64,000 nucleotides of DNA. Source: an uncultured cyanobacterium. GTDB lineage: Bacteria; Cyanobacteriota; Cyanobacteriia; Cyanobacteriales; CAWCAG01. Positions 58,033-64,000 of the stretch are shown here, in pieces. Where the stretch lies: the NCBI GenBank assembly GCA_963803805.1, contig CAWDOD010000002.1:256001-320000 (forward strand), in the 5' to 3' direction. The notes below the pieces were generated by a model, which was not told the origin of the DNA, did not search any database, and worked only from the letters and a program-made list of their open reading frames with translations. Within the stretch, counting starts at the first letter, position 1. The number at the start of each line of letters is the position of its first letter. The position numbers were made by a program, and so were the translations under genes.

Positions 58033-58692
58033 ATGATAGCTACTAGTTTTTTTACCGATAAATTAATCAGCAATTCTCCTATTTTAGCCCGTCCCAGTTG
58101 TCATAAAGCCGCCAAAATCATCGCTAATTGGCAAGTTGCCACAGTCAGTTATGGGCTATTACTTAGTAATGCCAAAGCAAGAGAAGAAAAATATATTTTT
58201 GTGCAACCTAGTATTTTCAGACAGTATACAGATGGAACAGCGAATTTATTAGGTTTAGTTGTTGATGTAGATAATCCCTATAAAACGTGGAATCTTAATA
58301 TTTGGTTTCAAACTAATCAAAGAGAAACTAGCTGTTGCTGGCCAGAAAGAGAACAAAATTTCTCCTACCAAATTAATGAAAAATATCCAGTAGTCTTAAT
58401 TGGGGGAGGACATTATTTAGGAAAAATATTACATCTTTATGAAAATGGTTCTGGTTTAGAGCTTAGTTTAAACAAGAGAAAAAATAGCTCAAAAATATTA
58501 ATAAAAGGAAGTTTTGGTTGTGTTGGGCTAGAGAATAACTGTAGCATTAATATTAAAGTTCATTTAGAAAAAGTTACTCATACTGTCAATAAAAACCATC
58601 TACAAAAACCTTTACAAGTTACTCTTCCTAGGATAAACAATACTAATCTATTGAACTTTGATTCTTGCACTTGCCAGCTTATGAGTGCCTAA
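58033..58692 (+). CDS. Hypothetical protein
   Basis: 219-aa AT-rich ORF; no confidently recognised family. Confidence 0.5.
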   Translation: MIATSFFTDKLISNSPILARPSCHKAAKIIANWQVATVSYGLLLSNAKAREEKYIFVQPSIFRQYTDGTANLLGLVVDVDNPYKTWNLNIWFQTNQRETSCCWPEREQNFSYQINEKYPVVLIGGGHYLGKILHLYENGSGLELSLNKRKNSSKILIKGSFGCVGLENNCSINIKVHLEKVTHTVNKNHLQKPLQVTLPRINNTNLLNFDSCTCQLMSA

Positions 58693-58850
58693 TATAATTA
58701 TATTCATTAAACATTTTAGCCTCCGGCAACTTCTGTCTTAATCCCCTCGTCAAAGCTAGTTAACTGAAAAATTCTTATACCATTTTTCATAAAACATACG
58801 ACACAGCTAAAGAAAAATGGTATTAACTCTATTTTGGGGACTACAGCTTA

Positions 58851-60233
58851 ATGTTCTATCTCAAACAAAAAATCTTTGGACTTTCCTTCTTCCTTTTCTT
58901 GGTACTTACTTTAATACCTATTAAACCAGCTAGTGCCTGTAAACCAGCCCCAGGTAGCCGCCCTTCTACCCTACTTCAAAAAGCGCAAGAAACTCAGTAT
59001 GTTTTTGAGGGAGTTGTCACTGAGGTAGAGGGTAAGGCAATTGTTATTCAAGTTAACAAATATTTTAAAGGTCAAGGCCCAAAAACCGTTACCTTAACAG
59101 GATTTAATCAAACTTCTTGTGATGACATCCTCTCACAAGGAGAACACCGTCTCTTTTTTGGTGAAGATAATGGCCAAGGAAGTTGGCAAGCTATTTATGA
59201 TGGTGCTTTCGGCTCTACAAAACCTTGGTCAGAACAAATTGAATTTCAATTACAGGAGATAGATTGGCAAGCGGTATCTTCTCCGAATAATTTACCTCAG
59301 TCAGTGGCTGAAGCAGTTAATAATCAAGCTAATCAAGATTTTGGTTTTGGTAATAGTAAGATAGAAATTATCTCCGCTCAAAAGCGTACTTGGTCTAACG
59401 GTTGCTTAGGTATTTTTTTCCCGGATCTTTTTTGTACAGAAGCTTTAGTAGAAGGTTGGTTAGTTGAGGTAACTAGAGGCGATCGCCGTTTAAGATATCG
59501 TACTGATGGGACAGGGAATACAGTTTATTTAGAAAATGGCGCGGAGATTCTACCGAATTCTGTAGAAGAAGCAATTTTTAATCAGGCTTTACCCCTGTTA
59601 CCAGTCAACCTTAATAAAATTAAGCTAACTCAAGCCTTTCCTCGCATTTGGGATGGTTGTTTGGGTATTTATCCTGAAAAAAATACCCCTTGCACCAAAA
59701 TTGCTATTTCCGGTTGGCAAGTTGTGGTTGAAGAAGGAGAGAAACGTTGGGTTTTTCATAGCAATCAAGATGGTTCCCAAATTAAGATTAACCTCGCTGC
59801 GAGCTATCTTGATAACTTAAGCCCAACTCAACCTCAACCCATCTCCTCAAACAACTTACCTCAAGGGGCAATCTTCCGTACCATTTCCTCCGGAGGATTT
59901 GCTGGTACAACTACAGAAGTTACTCTTTATGCCAATGGTCGTATAGTAACCAAAAACCTTACTCCCAATAATAGAACTTTGTTACCTAAAGTTAGTCGGG
60001 TAACTAGAAAACAAGTTCAAGAGTTTCAGCAACTTCTCACTCAGCAAGACTTTTCTAGCTATAATGGTCGCAATTTTCCTCCACCAGAAGGTGCTGCGGA
60101 CTTTTTTGGTATAACTCTTCTTACTCAAGATAGTTCCGTAAGTTATACCGACATTAATACAAATGAGTTACCTGAATCTTTACAAACTGCGATCGCCGCT
60201 TGGCAAGATTTGTTAGCTACAGCCAAGGAATAA
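58851..60233 (+). CDS. Secreted multidomain protein (TIMP/NTR-like N-domain, two WxxGCLG repeats, SGGFAG C-domain)
   Basis: Signal peptide ending ASA-C; duplicated WSNGCLG...CT...GW / WDGCLG...CT...GW; C-terminal SGGFAG...AD. Confidence 0.7.
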   Translation: MFYLKQKIFGLSFFLFLVLTLIPIKPASACKPAPGSRPSTLLQKAQETQYVFEGVVTEVEGKAIVIQVNKYFKGQGPKTVTLTGFNQTSCDDILSQGEHRLFFGEDNGQGSWQAIYDGAFGSTKPWSEQIEFQLQEIDWQAVSSPNNLPQSVAEAVNNQANQDFGFGNSKIEIISAQKRTWSNGCLGIFFPDLFCTEALVEGWLVEVTRGDRRLRYRTDGTGNTVYLENGAEILPNSVEEAIFNQALPLLPVNLNKIKLTQAFPRIWDGCLGIYPEKNTPCTKIAISGWQVVVEEGEKRWVFHSNQDGSQIKINLAASYLDNLSPTQPQPISSNNLPQGAIFRTISSGGFAGTTTEVTLYANGRIVTKNLTPNNRTLLPKVSRVTRKQVQEFQQLLTQQDFSSYNGRNFPPPEGAADFFGITLLTQDSSVSYTDINTNELPESLQTAIAAWQDLLATAKE

Positions 60234-60367
60234 GTAATAAGTTGAGAAGTTTAGGTGATAGGCAATCTTAACTTGCTTAACTTGTCAAAATTGCATTACC
60301 TAACAAAGTATCTTAAAAATAACAAAAGCTGTCTTATGATGACGGGGTTTCTGACCTAATTATTTGA

Positions 60368-60772
60368 ATGAAAAAAAGAGTTACTCTCACCTTCCCACAA
60401 AGAACAGTACAGATGCCCGTCACCTATCGCTTGGCTAAAGATTTTAATGTGGCAGCTAATATTATTCGAGCGCAAGTAGCCCCCAACCAAGTAGGAAAAC
60501 TAGTAGTAGAACTATTGGGGGATATAGATGAATTGGATGCTTGTATTGAATGGATGCGAGGACAAAACATCAGCGTCTCTTTAGCTAGCCGAGAAATTTT
60601 AATCGACGAAGACAGTTGTGTAGACTGCGGTTTATGTACCGGAGTTTGTCCTACCCAAGCTCTCACCCTCCATCCTCAAACCTTTGAATTAAATTTTCAG
60701 CGATCGCGTTGTATTGTTTGTGAACAGTGTATTCCTACCTGTCCAGTACAAGCAATTTCTACAAATTTGTAA
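60368..60772 (+). CDS. NIL domain plus 2x[4Fe-4S] ferredoxin protein
   Basis: N-terminal NIL (NIIRAQV); two CxxCxxCxxxCP motifs. Confidence 0.9.
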   Translation: MKKRVTLTFPQRTVQMPVTYRLAKDFNVAANIIRAQVAPNQVGKLVVELLGDIDELDACIEWMRGQNISVSLASREILIDEDSCVDCGLCTGVCPTQALTLHPQTFELNFQRSRCIVCEQCIPTCPVQAISTNL

Positions 60773-60777
60773 CATCG

Positions 60778-61560
60778 CTAATTGCTGTTATTTGGTTGAG
60801 AACCTTCAGTTGCTCCTTCGGGGATATTTTCGGGAACTTCGTTAGGAAATTGCTGATTTTGTCCTGGTTGGATAGGTACATTTAATCCTGGTTCCACAGG
60901 TTGGGTTGGTTGTTGTGGCTGGATTGGCTGCCTTGGTTGAGTTGGAGTATTAGGAGGAAATTCTTGTTGCCCCGGCAACCCTGGAGTCAGAGGAGGAAGA
61001 GAGTTTCCACTCCCATCTGGGAAATTATTACCAGGGGAACCTATTCCAGGTAGGGGGGCAGGTGTTAAATTAGGAGAACTTTCATCTCCTGCACTTATCG
61101 TCGCTAAAGATACGCGATCGCCCCCTTCTGCGCGAAGAATATCTAAAACTCCCATAACAGCGTTATACTGGGTTTCCCTAGAAGCTCGCAGTACAATGGA
61201 GCCATTAGGACTTTTTTTGGTGTAATCTTTGACTGCCTGTTCTAAACGCTTTTTAGTTAGAACAGGAGTTTGATTAAGATAAACTTGCCCCGTATAATCC
61301 AAGCTGACAATTAACATATCTTGCATTTGTGGCGTTCCAGTCTTCGCTTCAGGCAAATCGAGGTTAATTGCCTGTTGGCGAGACAAACCTACTGCCGCCA
61401 AAATAAAGAATGTCAAGATACAAAAAATAACATCGATTAAAGGGACAATCTCGATACGTATATCCTGAGTAGCTGCTGAATCTAACCACAGTTTCAGGGG
61501 TGGTGCTGATAAAGCTGCATCTGAGGATAAAGGTTGTTTTTGAGAAGTTTCTTCAGTCAT
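60778..61560 (-). CDS. exbD: ExbD/TolR family protein with Pro/Gln-rich tail
   Basis: IVPLIDVIFCILTFFIL, LDLPEA; likely start ATG at 61560 (ORF track extends to 61638). Confidence 0.88.
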   Translation of the reverse strand: MTEETSQKQPLSSDAALSAPPLKLWLDSAATQDIRIEIVPLIDVIFCILTFFILAAVGLSRQQAINLDLPEAKTGTPQMQDMLIVSLDYTGQVYLNQTPVLTKKRLEQAVKDYTKKSPNGSIVLRASRETQYNAVMGVLDILRAEGGDRVSLATISAGDESSPNLTPAPLPGIGSPGNNFPDGSGNSLPPLTPGLPGQQEFPPNTPTQPRQPIQPQQPTQPVEPGLNVPIQPGQNQQFPNEVPENIPEGATEGSQPNNSN

Positions 61561-61678
61561 AACACCATTTTTCTTTAATTGTGTTGGAGATACGTTGGGA
61601 AAGAGGGAGTAGAGAAAAAGCAAAAAGCTTACTCGCATTACTTTTGTACTTTTGACTACCTCATCCCCTTACTATCAA

Positions 61679-62413
61679 TCATTCTTCCTCAGCAAATTTA
61701 TCTTCAGAAGGAGGGAGATTAGGAGGTAAATTAAGGTCTTCCCTTATTTCTGGCGGAACTTCCTCTTTTTTGGGTAAGGTTACTCCATACCACTTATGAC
61801 GATAAATAACCTCTAGTTTATTACCCGCCCGACGGAAAAGTCTGACTTGGTTAAACCAGAAGCCTTGAAATAAGCGATAGAAAGCCAAACTAATAATAGC
61901 GACTATTAGTCCGGCGGCTGTGGAAATTAAAGATTCACCAATACCTAAAGTAACTCCTGATGTAGAAGATGTTCCCAAATCACTAATTTGAATGGAACTT
62001 AAGGAGTTGATTAACCCTAATACCGTACCCAACAATCCGAGTAAAGGGGATAAAGCAATTACTGCTTCAAAAATCTTTTCTCCGCGACGCATCACCGCTA
62101 GTTCATTATCTGCGGCAGCTTCAATTGCTAGATGAATAAATTCTGGTTCAGGCTTAGTTAATTGTAAAGGCGCACTTAAGAAACGTCCGATGGGATGATT
62201 TTCATATTCTTCAGCAATTTCTGCGGCCATTTCCCAGTTACGCTCTGCGGCATCTAATATCTTATTGAGGATTTGTCTTTGAGCTATTAATACTCCTCCC
62301 CAAAACCAAATGCGCTCTATGATCGTTCCCAAAGTGAGAATTGATAATAAGAGCAAAACTACTAATATCCAGATGGATATACTACTACTTTCAATAATCT
62401 GTTCAAATGTCAC
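61679..62413 (-). CDS. exbB: MotA/TolQ/ExbB proton channel protein
   Basis: [13 protein letters not shown] and [17 protein letters not shown]; likely GTG start at 62413. Confidence 0.9.
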   Translation of the reverse strand: MTFEQIIESSSISIWILVVLLLLSILTLGTIIERIWFWGGVLIAQRQILNKILDAAERNWEMAAEIAEEYENHPIGRFLSAPLQLTKPEPEFIHLAIEAAADNELAVMRRGEKIFEAVIALSPLLGLLGTVLGLINSLSSIQISDLGTSSTSGVTLGIGESLISTAAGLIVAIISLAFYRLFQGFWFNQVRLFRRAGNKLEVIYRHKWYGVTLPKKEEVPPEIREDLNLPPNLPPSEDKFAEEE

Positions 62414-62586
62414 TTTCTTTTCCCTCCGTTTCCTCACCCACACCAAAAATGGTTTTGATTATTTAGGTCATTAACAATTCTAAGGTCGGAAGTAGTAACT
62501 ATGAAGCTAAAAAACAGGATTGGGTTTCTTAATCTTCCTATTTAAGTAGAAGTCGGCAAAAAAGCGATCGCCCAACAACCACCCAA

Positions 62587-63063
62587 TTACTTAATCTGCC
62601 AATAATAAAGAGTTACTTCTTCTTCTTTGGTTTCTAAAGAAATAGTTTGGCAAGGTTCCCAGTCCCCTAGATCAAAATCGCGGGATATTATTTGCGTACC
62701 AGGTTGGAGTTGTTGCCAAAGTTGCGATCGCAAGCGCAGATTTAGATGGGGTAGCAGATAAATTATTACTACCGTAGCCTCCCGGAAGTTGCTAGTAAAT
62801 AAGTCTTGTAAACGAAACTCGACCAAGGAAGTAATGCCAGCTTGTTCAGCATTGTCTTGTCCCTTTTGAATCCTTTGAGGGTCAATATCAATACCAACAC
62901 TTTTAATACCATACTTTTGGGCTGCTGTAATCACAATACGCCCATCTCCGCTACCAAGGTCATAGAGAATATCTTGGGAGCCTAATTTTGCTAAACTAAG
63001 CATAGATTCAACGATTTGTGGCGAAGTGGGAATATAGCCAATATCTGGCTTTCTTAAGTTCAT
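62587..63063 (-). CDS. Class I SAM-dependent methyltransferase
   Basis: YIPT, YDLGSGDGRI, GIDID, YLLP. Confidence 0.88.
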   Translation of the reverse strand: MNLRKPDIGYIPTSPQIVESMLSLAKLGSQDILYDLGSGDGRIVITAAQKYGIKSVGIDIDPQRIQKGQDNAEQAGITSLVEFRLQDLFTSNFREATVVIIYLLPHLNLRLRSQLWQQLQPGTQIISRDFDLGDWEPCQTISLETKEEEVTLYYWQIK

Positions 63064-63082
63064 ATTTAACGGTTGTGGTGAA

Positions 63083-63304
63083 ATGAAACCAATTAAAGAA
63101 ATTGATATTCTAGGGCAAGAACGTCCTCTTCCTTCTCCACTCCAGAGAAAATTACTTTATCGACAACAATTAGAGCAGGAAAAACGGCAAGGCTATGAAA
63201 GACTAACGGAATTATGCCGTTTAGGAGAATATGATGCAGCACGCCACTTAGCTAGACGCAACCCTCAATGGGGTTATCAAATACTAGAAGGACAGGTATG
63301 TTAG
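63083..63304 (+). CDS. Small hypothetical protein
   Basis: 73-aa ORF between two minus-strand genes; GEYDAA..LA..NPQWGY pattern. Confidence 0.5.
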   Translation: MKPIKEIDILGQERPLPSPLQRKLLYRQQLEQEKRQGYERLTELCRLGEYDAARHLARRNPQWGYQILEGQVC

Positions 63305-63315
63305 TTGCCTTTAAC

Positions 63316-63999
63316 TTACGAATAGCTTACTACCATCTCAACTACCGTTTCGCAACTTTTTCCTGGCTCAAGATTAATTAAATGTTCCCCTGTATTGAGG
63401 GCATTGCGTAAAGCTGTCCAAGGTTCTAAACAAGTATATTGTTTCCCTTTGACTGTCCAAAAAACCAAAGCGCTGTAAAGGTCAGAATAATTTAAGGTGA
63501 CTTTCCAATTACTACGATTATTTTTAATTGAACCAGTATTTTTGCTCACAGGACTAAAAGCAATGTCGATTTCTTCTTGCTCAAAATTTAAGTTGCCGGT
63601 AAAGGGATGAATTTCTTTTGTATTTTGATCTTGGTATTGATTAGCTGGAATTTCTAGCACTAAATCTTTTTTGTTCGAGGTGAAGAAATAAGGATGCAGC
63701 CCACTTGAAAAAGGCATAATTTCCTCTGATTTGTTGGTGTAGCGCTGTTTGATTACTAGCTTATTACCTTGAATTTGGTAGGTAAAGGCTAGCTCAAAAT
63801 CAAAGGGATAAACTTGATGGGTTTCCTCGTTACTTTCTAAAACTAAGGTAATGGCAGCAAAATCTTCTGTAAGTTGTTCTTGAACTTCCCAAGGCAGGTT
63901 TCGGGCAAAACCATGTTGCTTGAGGATATACTGCTGATTTTGATAAATATAAATATCATCAGGAAGATTGCCGCAAATGGGAAATAAGATCGGGATTCC
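63316..63999 (-). CDS. Aldose 1-epimerase family protein (5' end beyond the window)
   Basis: Open frame to the window edge: GIPILFPICGNLP, KQHGFAR, GLHPYF, CLEPW. Confidence 0.9.
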   Translation of the reverse strand, partial: GIPILFPICGNLPDDIYIYQNQQYILKQHGFARNLPWEVQEQLTEDFAAITLVLESNEETHQVYPFDFELAFTYQIQGNKLVIKQRYTNKSEEIMPFSSGLHPYFFTSNKKDLVLEIPANQYQDQNTKEIHPFTGNLNFEQEEIDIAFSPVSKNTGSIKNNRSNWKVTLNYSDLYSALVFWTVKGKQYTCLEPWTALRNALNTGEHLINLEPGKSCETVVEMVVSYS

Positions 64000-64000
64000 T

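Overview
AT-rich cyanobacterial chromosomal segment. The host is supported by many HIP1 GCGATCGC octamers, OCP/FRP, a flavodiiron protein, CRR6, ycf46/ycf35 and a KaiB-domain protein. Most genes are housekeeping, envelope (galE, gmd, fcl, wecB, lpxD, glycosyltransferases) or signalling genes. The main accessory feature is a partial extracellular contractile injection system (eCIS/PVC/Afp-like) locus at about 35.3-42.3 kb. It has one sheath, three divergent tube paralogues, two tail-assembly-chaperone paralogues, a divergently transcribed NarL/LuxR regulator and a Pvc16/DUF4255 protein, but no baseplate, spike, tape-measure or ATPase genes in this window. The last chaperone gene overlaps an ATG-less DUF6760-like ORF in the -1 frame through a GGGGGAA slippery run with an upstream GGAGG, suggesting a lambda gpG/gpGT-type programmed frameshift. 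About 15 kb away lies a CHAT (caspase-like) protease whose N-terminus resembles an eroded DUF4157 (eCIS-associated) leader, making it a candidate injected cargo. Other items: a candidate three-way-junction RNA in the ycf46-ycf35 spacer, two pseudo-enzymes, a chimeric putative protease-inhibitor protein, an IS5 remnant and short palindromic repeats. All family calls come from motif recognition by eye; no database searches were run.
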